From Candidatus Dormiibacterota bacterium (lineage in GTDB: Bacteria > Chloroflexota > Dormibacteria > Dormibacterales > Dormibacteraceae), in NCBI GenBank assembly GCA_955652835.1, contig CATPBO010000139.1, positions 1-57,290 on the forward strand: a stretch of 57,290 nt of DNA. The letters run 5' to 3'. Shown here one piece after another: positions 45,373 through 54,262 of the stretch (position 1 is its first letter; the number at the start of each line of letters is the position of its first letter). Below the pieces are notes generated by a model. The model saw nothing but the letters and a program-made list of their open reading frames with translations. It ran no database searches and had not been told where the DNA came from. The translations under genes were made by a program, and so were the position numbers.

Positions 45373-46653
45373 ATGAACCTGGGACGCTCTGATCGACGTG
45401 CAGGTACTTGGCGCATGGTGGCAAGCTCAGTCGGCGCCGTCTTACTGCTCGCGGCGTGCGGCAACAACACCACGACCACCTCTGGCAAGCTCCCCACCGG
45501 ACCCGTGACCATGGGCGTGCTGTCCTGCTTCACCGGCAGCCTCGCGAGCCTCGGCCAAGCCATGCTCCAGGGCTCCCAGGTGGCGCAGAAGGCGATCAAC
45601 GACGCCGGCGGCATCCTCGGCCAGCAGCTGGCGATCACCCACGCTGACACGCAGTGCGATGAGGCCGACTCGGTGCCGGCCGTCCACCAGCTGCTGGCGG
45701 CGAGCAACGTGGTGGGCATCATCGGTCCCGAGACGCAGGAGATCAACGCCGTCGCCCCCATCGTGACGTCGGCCAAGGTCCCGACACAGTTCCAGGGTGG
45801 CAGCACCCTGTTCGACAAGAACACGAACCAGTGGCTGTGGAGAGACAGCCCCTCCGACTCGCAGCTCGGTGTTGCCATGGCGCTGTACGCCTACAAGAAG
45901 GGATACCGAAACGCGGCTCTGATCTTCTACTCGGACATCGCCGCGCAGACGTTTCCCCCGCCAATTACCAGCACGTTCACGAAGCTCGGCGGAAAGATCG
46001 CCACCAGCATCACCATCGCCCCTGCTCAGACGTCCTACCGCACTGAGGTTCAGCAGGTCATCGCCAAGAATCCCGACGTGATCTTCACGCAGACCGACGC
46101 CCCGACGGCGGCGGTGCTGTTCCGCAACTTCAAAGAGCTGGACAACCTGGCGATCCCGTTCGTCGGGACCGACGTGACCGGCGGTGACGACTACCTGAAG
46201 GCCATCACCTACCAGGTCGCGCACGACCACCTCATCTCCGTCTACGGCACATCGGTGACCGGCGCGGCGGCCGACGAGTTCAACAAGGTGTTCACTGCCG
46301 TCGTCGGCGCGAACCAGCAGCCGCTGGCCAACGCCAACTACGCGTACGACTCGGTGATCAGCCAGGCGCTGGCGATCGACAAGGCCAACAGCATCGCGGG
46401 GCCTGACATCAACGCCGCATTGGCCACCGTGAGCAACGCGCCCGGCACGCAGTGCTACACGTACAAGACGTGCCTGGACCTGATCAAGGCCGGCACCAAG
46501 ATCAACTACGAGGGCGCCAGTGGGCCGCTCGACTACAACCAGTACCACAACGTCTTCGGGCCGTATGCCGCGTTCCAGCAGAACCCGGCCACCGGCAACC
46601 AGGACCAGATCCAGGTGCTCTCGGCGGCGGACCTCGCTGCTGCCACGCCGTAA
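45373..46653 (+). CDS. ABC transporter substrate-binding lipoprotein (LivJ / Peripla_BP_6 type)
   Basis: Lipobox 'LLLAACG'. The fold-type motifs of branched-chain amino-acid/amide binding proteins are present, and it is followed by livHMGF-type genes. Confidence 0.8.
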   Translation: MNLGRSDRRAGTWRMVASSVGAVLLLAACGNNTTTTSGKLPTGPVTMGVLSCFTGSLASLGQAMLQGSQVAQKAINDAGGILGQQLAITHADTQCDEADSVPAVHQLLAASNVVGIIGPETQEINAVAPIVTSAKVPTQFQGGSTLFDKNTNQWLWRDSPSDSQLGVAMALYAYKKGYRNAALIFYSDIAAQTFPPPITSTFTKLGGKIATSITIAPAQTSYRTEVQQVIAKNPDVIFTQTDAPTAAVLFRNFKELDNLAIPFVGTDVTGGDDYLKAITYQVAHDHLISVYGTSVTGAAADEFNKVFTAVVGANQQPLANANYAYDSVISQALAIDKANSIAGPDINAALATVSNAPGTQCYTYKTCLDLIKAGTKINYEGASGPLDYNQYHNVFGPYAAFQQNPATGNQDQIQVLSAADLAAATP

Positions 46654-46731
46654 GGCCGAACGGGAGAGCCATCTCGTCGAAAGGGTCTCGTCGAGACGGC
46701 CGATGTGCGCCGTCTAGGAGATAGTTAGGGC

Positions 46732-47634
46732 GTGCACGAAGTGCTGGTGACGCTTGGGTTCGCGCTGGTCACGGCATCCATCCTGGCCCTGTCCGCGGTG
46801 GCCTTCACCCTCGAGTACGCGGTCACGAACGTCGCCAACGTCTCGCACGGCGAGATCCTGACCGCCGGCGCCTACGCGGCTTACCTCGTGCACCAGAGGA
46901 CCGGCAGTCCCCTTGCCGCCGCGGTCGCCGCCGCTCTCGCAGGAGGATTGGTCGCGCTCGCCATGCATTCTGCAGTCATCGGGCCGTTCATCCGCTTCGG
47001 AGCAAGCCCGACGGTCGTATTCATCGCCACGCTCGGGATGTCCTTTGTCATCCAGAACGTGCTCGTCATCTTCTTTGGAGCGGCCAACGTCGCCTACACG
47101 CTCGATCCCGGCGCGCCTCAGCAGATCGGGCCTTTCCTCCTCACGCCGCTCGATGTCGAGATCATCGCGTCGGCGATCGCGATCACGCTGGCGCTCTTTC
47201 TGATCATCTCCCGGACGAAGTTCGGCAAGGCTCTTCGCGCGGTGTCGCAGAACCGCGAGCTCGCACGAGTCACCGGCATCAACGCAACTAGAGTCGCCGC
47301 CTCGACTTTCTTCCTGGCCGGCCTCGTCGCCGGTTATGCGGGATTCGTGCTCGCCGAGAGCGTCGGCTCGTTCAACCCGTACTTCGGCTTCGGCTTCTTC
47401 CTCATCACGCTGACAGCGGCGGTCGCTGGAGGGCTGGGCCGGGCCTTCGGCACGCTTGTAGGCGCCGTGATGGTGGGCCTGGTTCTGGAATTTGCACAGA
47501 CGGTGAGATTGCCTGGCGGCGGCTACGTCAGCGCCAGCTATAACCTCGCCTTCGCTTTCGCGATCCTCGCGATCGTCATCCTCGTACGTCCGCGAGGCCT
47601 CTTCACCAACGCCCGGCGGACGGTCTTCGAATGA
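46732..47634 (+). CDS. livH: Branched-chain amino-acid ABC transporter permease (LivH type)
   Basis: 300 aa and polytopic. 'NVSHGEILTAGAY' and 'RTKFGKALRAVSQNRELARVTGIN' are typical of LivH. Confidence 0.85.
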   Translation: MHEVLVTLGFALVTASILALSAVAFTLEYAVTNVANVSHGEILTAGAYAAYLVHQRTGSPLAAAVAAALAGGLVALAMHSAVIGPFIRFGASPTVVFIATLGMSFVIQNVLVIFFGAANVAYTLDPGAPQQIGPFLLTPLDVEIIASAIAITLALFLIISRTKFGKALRAVSQNRELARVTGINATRVAASTFFLAGLVAGYAGFVLAESVGSFNPYFGFGFFLITLTAAVAGGLGRAFGTLVGAVMVGLVLEFAQTVRLPGGGYVSASYNLAFAFAILAIVILVRPRGLFTNARRTVFE

Positions 47635-48620
47635 GCGCCTACCTCGTCTCCGTGCTCTCGGAAGGGGCCATCTTCGGAATTATGGCGCTGGGCCTCAACG
47701 TCATCTGGGGCTGGTCTGGCGACTTCGATCTGGCCTATTACGGCTATATCGCGGTCGGCGCGTACATGACCCTCGTCCTCACCATCGGACCGGCGGTGGC
47801 GCCCGCCCACTACATCCTCGGGCTGACCCTGCCCTATCCCGTCGCTGTCGTCGTGGCGGTCATCACCGCGATGGCGGTGGGCCTGGTGGTCGGCTCGATC
47901 GCGCTGCGCCACCTGCGCGGCATCTATTTCTCGATCGTCACGCTGGGCGCCGTGTACGTGATGTACGTGCTGGCTGGCCAGTACGTTCCCCTGTTCGATG
48001 GCTATAACGGCCTCTCCGGCTTATTCGACCCGATGGGTGACTGGTTCGGTTTCGACTACCTCTCGTATCAGTACTTCTTCCTCGGCCTGAGCCTGGTTCT
48101 GTTCGCCCTTGTCTTTCTATTCATGTGGCGCATCTCCGGCAGCCGGTTCGGCATGGCGCTGCGGACACTTCGTGAGGACGAACGCGCCGCGGCCGCCTTC
48201 GGGCGCGACATCTACCGCCTGAAGCTGAAGGGTTACGTGCTGGGCGCGGGCCTGGGCGGATTCGCGGGAGCTCTCTTCGCCGCGTACCTCAGCGCCTTCA
48301 ACCCTTCGGCCTGGTCACCGGTGGAAGTGATCGTGCTGTATTCCGCAGTGCTCGTCGGCGGTCGCGGAAACATCTGGGGCGTGGCCCTCGGCGTGCTGAT
48401 CATGGGCGTGCTGGTGCAGGAATCCACGCGTTTCCTGCCCATGGTGCCGGGCCTCGGTCAGCTGAGCACCCTCCACCCGCAGGTCCTGCTTGCGATGCGC
48501 GGAGTGATCATCGGCCTGGTCCTGGTGCTGTTTCTCCGGTTCAGGCCGCAGGGATTGCTTCCCGAACGACGGTATGTCGACCCACAACCGTCGCTCTACA
48601 TCGCCCCGCAAACCGCGTGA
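47631..48620 (+). CDS. livM: Branched-chain amino-acid ABC transporter permease (LivM type)
   Basis: 329 aa and polytopic. 'GSRFGMALRTLREDERAAAAFGRDIYRLKL'. ATGA overlap with livH. Confidence 0.85.
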   Translation: MSAYLVSVLSEGAIFGIMALGLNVIWGWSGDFDLAYYGYIAVGAYMTLVLTIGPAVAPAHYILGLTLPYPVAVVVAVITAMAVGLVVGSIALRHLRGIYFSIVTLGAVYVMYVLAGQYVPLFDGYNGLSGLFDPMGDWFGFDYLSYQYFFLGLSLVLFALVFLFMWRISGSRFGMALRTLREDERAAAAFGRDIYRLKLKGYVLGAGLGGFAGALFAAYLSAFNPSAWSPVEVIVLYSAVLVGGRGNIWGVALGVLIMGVLVQESTRFLPMVPGLGQLSTLHPQVLLAMRGVIIGLVLVLFLRFRPQGLLPERRYVDPQPSLYIAPQTA

Positions 48621-49405
48621 GCGCACCGGCCACCACCCCGGCGCTCGAGGTCCGGGGACTGACGAAACACTTCGGGGGCGTGTACGCGGTCGACGGCTGT
48701 TCGTTTGAGGCTCCTCAGGGAATCGTGACGGGGCTCATCGGGCCAAACGGGGCCGGCAAGAGCACGGCGATCGACCTCATCTCGGGCTTCAAGCTTCCGG
48801 ACAGCGGTACCGTCCTCTTCAAAGGCAGAGCGCTCGAAGGCCTTCCCCCCCACCTCATCTCGCGCCTCGGCCTGATCCGCACCTTCCAGTCACCACGCGA
48901 GTGGCCCGGCCTCACCGTGCTGGAGAACGTGGTCATGGCCCGGTGGGATGCCGGCCGGGAGGGTTTCCTGCGCGGCGTCGTCGGGCTCGGGCGCGCGCAG
49001 CGGGACAAGTCAGAGGACGAGCTGGCTAGAGCTCGCGAGATCCTTGACGAGTTCGGCCTTGTGACCCTTCGCAACGAACGCGCTGGAAATCTGAGCGGCG
49101 GTCAGAAGCGCCTGGTGGAGTTCGCCCGAATCCGCATGGCTCAGCCGCAGCTCGTGATCCTCGACGAGCCCATGGGTGGCGTCAACCCGGTGTTGGGTGA
49201 GCGCATGGCCCTGGCGATCGAGGGCTTCATCGCGTCTGGCACCTCGGTCATCGTCGTCGAGCACAACCTCCCATTCATCGAGCGCGTGACGGAGCACGTC
49301 ATCGTGATGGCGCAGGGCGCGGTGATCGCGGAAGGGCCGTTCGAGATCCTGCGATCAAACCAGGATGTCATCGACGCCTACCTGGGCGAGATGGTGAAAC
49401 AGTGA
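48617..49405 (+). CDS. livG: ABC transporter ATP-binding protein (LivG type)
   Basis: 'GLIGPNGAGKST', 'LSGGQKRLVEFAR', 'LVILDEPMGG'. Confidence 0.9.
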   Translation: MSAPATTPALEVRGLTKHFGGVYAVDGCSFEAPQGIVTGLIGPNGAGKSTAIDLISGFKLPDSGTVLFKGRALEGLPPHLISRLGLIRTFQSPREWPGLTVLENVVMARWDAGREGFLRGVVGLGRAQRDKSEDELARAREILDEFGLVTLRNERAGNLSGGQKRLVEFARIRMAQPQLVILDEPMGGVNPVLGERMALAIEGFIASGTSVIVVEHNLPFIERVTEHVIVMAQGAVIAEGPFEILRSNQDVIDAYLGEMVKQ

Positions 49406-50154
49406 CCGGGAGAATTCCCACACCCATTCGGGGGATCGCGCCTGGTCCTGTCCTCGAGGTCGAGGGGCTCACCGCCGGATACGGCGGGCCGCCAGTCATC
49501 GACAGCGTCAGCATCGCGGCCAAGCCAGGCGCGATCACGGCCATAGTCGGACCAAACGGGGCCGGCAAGTCAACGCTGCTGAAGGCGATCGCCGGGCTCA
49601 TCCGCCCGACCGCCGGCGCCGTGAGGGTTAAGGGCGCGGACGTGACCGGCCTGCCGGCAGAAAAGCTGGTGAGCAAGGGCCTCGCATACGTGCCCCAGGT
49701 GGCGAACGTCTTTCCCGAGCTAACGATCCGCGAGAACCTTGACATGGGCGGCTACAGCCGCAAGGGCGGCGTGCGGGAGAGGATCGACCAGCTTTTCAAG
49801 CTGTTTCCCGACCTGGCGGCCTCGTCCCACCGAAAAGCCCACACCCTGAGCGGTGGCCAGCGGACCATGCTCGCCCTCGCTCGAGGCTTGATGGTCGACC
49901 CAGCAGTGCTCATCCTCGACGAGCCGAGCGCCGGCCTGGCGCCAAAGTTTCAGGGCCTGATCTGGGAGCGCATCGAGGAGATCCGCTCCACCGGCGTCGC
50001 GGTGCTCGTCATCGAGCAGAACACTCGCGAGACGCTCAGGCACGCCCAGTGGGCATACGTCCTTGTGCTGGGGCAGAACCGCCTCGAAGGCCCTGGCCAG
50101 AAGCTGCTGGATGACGAGGAGGTCGTGAACCTCTACGTCGGGCGCCTGTCCTGA
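49402..50154 (+). CDS. livF: ABC transporter ATP-binding protein (LivF type)
   Basis: 'AIVGPNGAGKSTLL', 'LSGGQRTMLALAR', 'LILDEPSAGLAP'. Confidence 0.9.
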   Translation: MTGRIPTPIRGIAPGPVLEVEGLTAGYGGPPVIDSVSIAAKPGAITAIVGPNGAGKSTLLKAIAGLIRPTAGAVRVKGADVTGLPAEKLVSKGLAYVPQVANVFPELTIRENLDMGGYSRKGGVRERIDQLFKLFPDLAASSHRKAHTLSGGQRTMLALARGLMVDPAVLILDEPSAGLAPKFQGLIWERIEEIRSTGVAVLVIEQNTRETLRHAQWAYVLVLGQNRLEGPGQKLLDDEEVVNLYVGRLS

Positions 50155-50167
50155 GCCGCTAGGGGCC

Positions 50168-50308
50168 CTACTCGGCCTTTGCCGGCTGCTCCGGGGTCGT
50201 CACCACGGCGTGGTGGCGGAACTGAACGTCAGCGGCCGGCGGACCCGCCACTTTCGGCTTCTTTTTCTTCTTGGCTTCCCGCCCTTGCTTGTCGCGTCCT
50301 TTACCCAT
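50168..50308 (-). CDS. Possible small Lys-rich protein (46 aa)
   Basis: Not in the ORF track because it is too short. Its ATG sits inside the upstream gene's stop region (cATGGGTAA). It translates to MGKGRDKQGREAKKKKKPKVAGPPAADVQFRHHAVVTTPEQPAKAE*. Confidence 0.3.
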   Translation of the reverse strand: MGKGRDKQGREAKKKKKPKVAGPPAADVQFRHHAVVTTPEQPAKAE

Positions 50309-51557
50309 GTGCACCAGTTTCTATGACTTGGGCCAGTTCGCGCAAGAACGATTCCACGTCGGTCACCAGGCCGATCGACTGCCAGCTGCCGCGATCCGCC
50401 AGCTTCGTGACCACCGCGGGGTTGATGTCTACGCAGACGGTCCGCACTCCGGCGGGCAGCATGTTGCCCGTGGCGATCGAGTGGAGCATCGTGGAAAGCA
50501 TCAAGGCCATGCGCACGCCAGGCAGCGCCGCGCGCATCCGCCGCTGAGCTTCGACCATCTCGGTGATGACATCGGGCAGCGGCCCGTCGTCGCGCACCGA
50601 CCCCGCCAGCACGATCTCGACTCCGTGGTCGATGGCGGACTTCATGACGCCTGATTTCAGCTGGCCGCTGTCCACCATCTCCTTCAGCCCGCCGGCGGCA
50701 CGCACGCGGTTGATCGCCCGCATGTGGTGCTCGTGGCCATGCTCGATCGGTACTCCGCTCTCGATGTTCACGCCCAGCGCGGTTCCGAAAAGCGCTACCT
50801 CGACGTCGTGAACCGCCAGCGCGTTGCCGGCGAACAGCACCTGCACAAAGCCCAGCTCGATGAGTCGCGACAGGTAGACTCCCGCGCCTGTGTGGACCAC
50901 GCCGGGACCGGCGACGACGAGAATGCGTCCGCCCGCGGCGCGGATCTGACGCATCTCGTCCGCGATCGCTGAGATGAGGACCTTCTTTGGTTTCTCCGCC
51001 GAGACCTCGCTGCCCATGAAGCTGAAGATCTCGGTCTGGCGCGAACGCTCCTGGGGCGTCACGCGTACGCCCTGATGCCCGACCACCACCTCCATGCCCG
51101 GTTTGGCGCCCTGAAAGACGATGCACCACGCGCGGCCCGCTTTGCGATCGACGGCGATGGCGCAGTCCATCTCGATGCTGTCGACGCGTACCCATTGACC
51201 GTCGATAAGGACGTCAGTTGGAAGGTTGCTCGTCGAGTAAAAGCCCTCCGGGAAGACCCCTTCCTTGGTGACACGCTCCGAGCGAGCGGGCTCATCTGAC
51301 TCGGTGGTGGCGCCGAGGGCTCGCGCCTGCCTGACGATCCGGTCTAGCTCCTCTGCCGAGCCCGCAACAACCTCCATCCTGCAGATGGACGTGTCGGTCT
51401 TGTGCTGGCCGACCTTGAGCTCCTCGATGGTGAAGTTGCCGCCGAGGTCCATCACCATGTCCATGACCTGCGGCAGGATCATCGAGTCGATGATGTGACC
51501 GGTCAGCACGAGGCGCGCGGTGTACTTGCGCTCTTCAAGGGGCCCCCGCGAACTCAC
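50301..51557 (-). CDS. TIGR00300-family protein (LOR/SDH-like N-domain; ornithine-cyclodeaminase-type family)
   Basis: 'LVLTGHIIDSMILPQVMDMVMDLGGNFTIEELKVG' N-domain followed by a Rossmann-like domain. The GTG start and the first ~7 codons lie inside a repeat copy. Confidence 0.65.
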   Translation of the reverse strand: MSSRGPLEERKYTARLVLTGHIIDSMILPQVMDMVMDLGGNFTIEELKVGQHKTDTSICRMEVVAGSAEELDRIVRQARALGATTESDEPARSERVTKEGVFPEGFYSTSNLPTDVLIDGQWVRVDSIEMDCAIAVDRKAGRAWCIVFQGAKPGMEVVVGHQGVRVTPQERSRQTEIFSFMGSEVSAEKPKKVLISAIADEMRQIRAAGGRILVVAGPGVVHTGAGVYLSRLIELGFVQVLFAGNALAVHDVEVALFGTALGVNIESGVPIEHGHEHHMRAINRVRAAGGLKEMVDSGQLKSGVMKSAIDHGVEIVLAGSVRDDGPLPDVITEMVEAQRRMRAALPGVRMALMLSTMLHSIATGNMLPAGVRTVCVDINPAVVTKLADRGSWQSIGLVTDVESFLRELAQVIETGAHG

Positions 51558-51639
51558 GGCGAAGCCTCTGAGTAGAGGGGCCCCCGCGAACTCACGGCGA
51601 AGCCTCGGAGTTCGTGGGGATTTTTCGTGGGGATTTCGC
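51538..51639 (-). repeat. Compound/tandem locus of the dispersed palindromic repeat (copy D)
   Basis: The plus strand carries a 31-nt direct duplication AGGGGCCCCCGCGAACTCACGGCGAAGCCTC at 51538-51568 and 51576-51606. The second copy is completed by GAGTTCGTGGGG (51608-51619), and there is an extra arm copy at 51620-51633. The repeats fill the whole pyrF-to-next-gene spacer. Confidence 0.75.
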
Positions 51640-52419
51640 TCACTTGAGTGCGCCGGCAGCGGCGTTGATCTGCTGCTTCAAAGCTGCAGCCTCGCGAGCT
51701 GGACTTTTCGCATAGAGGACGCTGCGGCTTGCCGAGATGAGACATGAGGCGCGATCCCCGTTCCACGCCCCGCGCACCGAGCCCTCGACGTCGCCGCCCT
51801 GCGCACCGACACCAGGGATCAAGAACGGGAGCTGCGACGCGCGACGGACCTCGACGATCTCAGCCGGTGCCGTCGCGCCGACGACCAGGCCGACGTTGCC
51901 GGCGGTGTTCAAGCGCTCCGCGAGCTCTGCGACGTGCAAATAGAGGGGCTTGCCGCCGGCGTCCAGGTGCTGCAGGTCGGTCGCCCCGGGGTTGGAGGAC
52001 CTGCAGACGACGTACACCCCGCGATCGCTGTGGCGGGTGAACTGCTCAATGGAGTCTGAGCCGAGGTACGGGTTGACGGTCGCGGCGTCCATTGCCAGCG
52101 TCACGAAGACCGCTCGCGCGTACGCCTCCATCGTGTTCGCCATGTCACCCCGCTTGGCGTCGAAGAGGAAGGGCGTGTCGGGTGCCTCGTCTCGCAGCTC
52201 CATCAACGCCGTCCAGCCGTCCGGCCCGTACTGCTCCCAGAAAGCGCTGTTGGGTTTGAAGCAGCACGCGTGCTCCTCGGTCTGACGGATGACCTCCCGG
52301 CAGTGACGGAGCGCGCCGGCCGCGCCGCCCTCGATGCGCTCAGGGTCGGGGTCGAGGCCGACGCACACCAGCGTGTTGCGATCCGCCGAGAGCGCGCGCA
52401 ATCGATCGAAGTAACTCAA
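51640..52419 (-). CDS. pyrF: Orotidine-5'-phosphate decarboxylase (type 2)
   Basis: 'LVCVGLDPDPERI', 'FKPNSAFWE', 'LFDAKRGDMANTM', 'LIPGVGAQGG'. Confidence 0.9.
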   Translation of the reverse strand: MSYFDRLRALSADRNTLVCVGLDPDPERIEGGAAGALRHCREVIRQTEEHACCFKPNSAFWEQYGPDGWTALMELRDEAPDTPFLFDAKRGDMANTMEAYARAVFVTLAMDAATVNPYLGSDSIEQFTRHSDRGVYVVCRSSNPGATDLQHLDAGGKPLYLHVAELAERLNTAGNVGLVVGATAPAEIVEVRRASQLPFLIPGVGAQGGDVEGSVRGAWNGDRASCLISASRSVLYAKSPAREAAALKQQINAAAGALK

Positions 52420-52441
52420 GCAGCACCAATGCTAACCAGCG

Positions 52442-54229
52442 GTGGAGGTCAAAATTGAATACGTGGGACAACCGCTGAGGATCGCACTGGCCCAGGTGAA
52501 CCCGACCGTCGGCGACCTCGAGGGCAATTCGCGACTGATCATCGACTGGATCGGGCGTGCTCGTGAGCAGGGCGCTCACCTCGTGTGCTTCCCCGAGCTG
52601 GTCCTCACTGGCTACCCGCCGGAGGACCTCGTCCTGAAGCGCTCGTTCGTGCGTGACAACCTGAAGCGGCTCGATGTCGTGACCAGGGCGACGAAGGGAA
52701 TCTCAGTGGTGGTCGGGTTTGTAGATGACGATGGCGCGATCTTCAACGCCGCCGCGTTCATGCACGACGGCGAGCTCAAGGCCGTTTATCACAAGGTCTT
52801 CCTCCCGAACTACGGCGTGTTCGACGAGCAGCGGTATTTCGAACCAGGCCATCGCAGCCCGATCTTCGAGCTCGGCGTCGGGCGAATCGGGGTGTCGGTA
52901 TGCGAGGACGCCTGGTATCCGTCCGGACCGATGGCCTGGGAGGCACACCAAGGCGCCGAGCTGCTGGTCAACATCAACGGCTCGCCGTATCACGCGGGCA
53001 AGCGCGCCCCGCGCGAAGCGATGATCGCCGGTCGTGCAGCGGACTACGGCGCATTCGTCGCATGGGTGAACACCGTGGGAGGCCAGGACGAGCTGGTCTT
53101 CGATGGCAACAGCGCCGTCTTCGGCCCGCGAGGAGAACTGCTCGCGCATGCGGCTTCCTTCGTCGAAGAGCTGCTCGTCTGCGATATCGACCTTGATGTC
53201 GCGAAATCGATCAGGCCGGTCGACAAGATCCGCCACGAGGCAGAGGGCGCAGAGCGCCTTGACCTGGTCGTGAGCGAGGTGCCGCTGGCGGTGCCGAGCG
53301 CGGACGGTGCGAAGCCGCCGATCGCACCGCGCATCGCCGAGCCGCTGGAAGGTGCAGCCGAGATCTACGCGGCGGTGGTGCTCGGCACGCACGACTACAT
53401 CCGCAAGCAGGGTTTCCAGAAAGTCGTCATTGGCCTTTCCGGCGGTGTTGATTCAGCGCTGACCGCCGCCATCGCCTGCGACGCGCTTGGCCCGGAGAAC
53501 GTGATCGGCGTTCGCATGTCATCGCGACACACCTCCGCCGAAAGCCTCGAGGACGCGGGGCTCGTGGCTGAAGCGCTTGGCATGCAGCTCATGGATTTTT
53601 CGATCGAGCCGCCGCATCGAGGCTTCGAAGAGATCCTCGCGCCGGCGTTCAAGGGAACCAGGCCGGGCGTGGCCGAGGAGAACCTGCAGCCACGCATCCG
53701 CGCGACCATCCTGTACGCACTGTCGAACAAATTCGGCTACATCGTGCTCAGCACGGGCAACAAGTCGGAGCTCGCGACCGGGTACGGCACCCTCTACGGC
53801 GACATGGCAGGCGGCTACGCGGTGCTCAAAGACATCACCAAGACCACGGTCTACGAGCTCTGCCGCTACCGCAACTCTTTGAGTCCGGCGATCCCGGAGC
53901 GCGTGCTGACCAAGCCGCCGTCGGCTGAGCTCAAGCCAGGCCAGAAGGACACCGACAGCCTGCCGCCCTACGAAGAGCTCGACCCGATCCTGCGCGGATA
54001 CATTGAAGAAGATCTCGGCCCTGAGGAGCTGGTGGCCGCCGGCCACCTGCCAGAGATAGTCGCCAGGGTGATCCAGCTCGTCGACCGCAGCGAGTACAAG
54101 CGGAGGCAAGCGCCGCCCGGAGTCAAGATCACTCCGAGGGCTTTTGGGCGCGACCGCCGCATGCCGATCATCAATCGCTACAGCCCAAACGGCGCCAATC
54201 GGGCACCGAAGCAGGGCGGGTCGGCATAA
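52442..54229 (+). CDS. nadE: Glutamine-dependent NAD+ synthetase (nitrilase domain plus NAD synthase domain)
   Basis: CN-hydrolase 'RIALAQVNPTVGDL', 'CFPEL', 'GVSVCEDAWYP'. Synthetase 'VVIGLSGGVDSAL', 'LSTGNKSELATGYGTLYGDMAGG'. The start is uncertain (GTG 52442 or a few codons later). Confidence 0.9.
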   Translation: MEVKIEYVGQPLRIALAQVNPTVGDLEGNSRLIIDWIGRAREQGAHLVCFPELVLTGYPPEDLVLKRSFVRDNLKRLDVVTRATKGISVVVGFVDDDGAIFNAAAFMHDGELKAVYHKVFLPNYGVFDEQRYFEPGHRSPIFELGVGRIGVSVCEDAWYPSGPMAWEAHQGAELLVNINGSPYHAGKRAPREAMIAGRAADYGAFVAWVNTVGGQDELVFDGNSAVFGPRGELLAHAASFVEELLVCDIDLDVAKSIRPVDKIRHEAEGAERLDLVVSEVPLAVPSADGAKPPIAPRIAEPLEGAAEIYAAVVLGTHDYIRKQGFQKVVIGLSGGVDSALTAAIACDALGPENVIGVRMSSRHTSAESLEDAGLVAEALGMQLMDFSIEPPHRGFEEILAPAFKGTRPGVAEENLQPRIRATILYALSNKFGYIVLSTGNKSELATGYGTLYGDMAGGYAVLKDITKTTVYELCRYRNSLSPAIPERVLTKPPSAELKPGQKDTDSLPPYEELDPILRGYIEEDLGPEELVAAGHLPEIVARVIQLVDRSEYKRRQAPPGVKITPRAFGRDRRMPIINRYSPNGANRAPKQGGSA

Positions 54230-54262
54230 TTTCTACTGATAGGAGATATAGATAGGAGCTAT

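Noticed and set aside
51538-51606. A mini CRISPR-like array (31-nt direct repeat with a 38-nt period).
   Set aside because: There are only two copies, separated by 7 nt, and no cas genes. The sequence belongs to the dispersed palindromic repeat family seen at three other loci.
54230-54262. An A/T-rich spacer with duplicated GATAGGAG (GATAGGAG-ATATA-GATAGGAG) before the Lpd::E1alpha gene.
   Set aside because: It is most simply an RBS (AGGAG 6 nt before the ATG) plus an adjacent -10-like A/T patch. It is too short to support a regulatory RNA claim.
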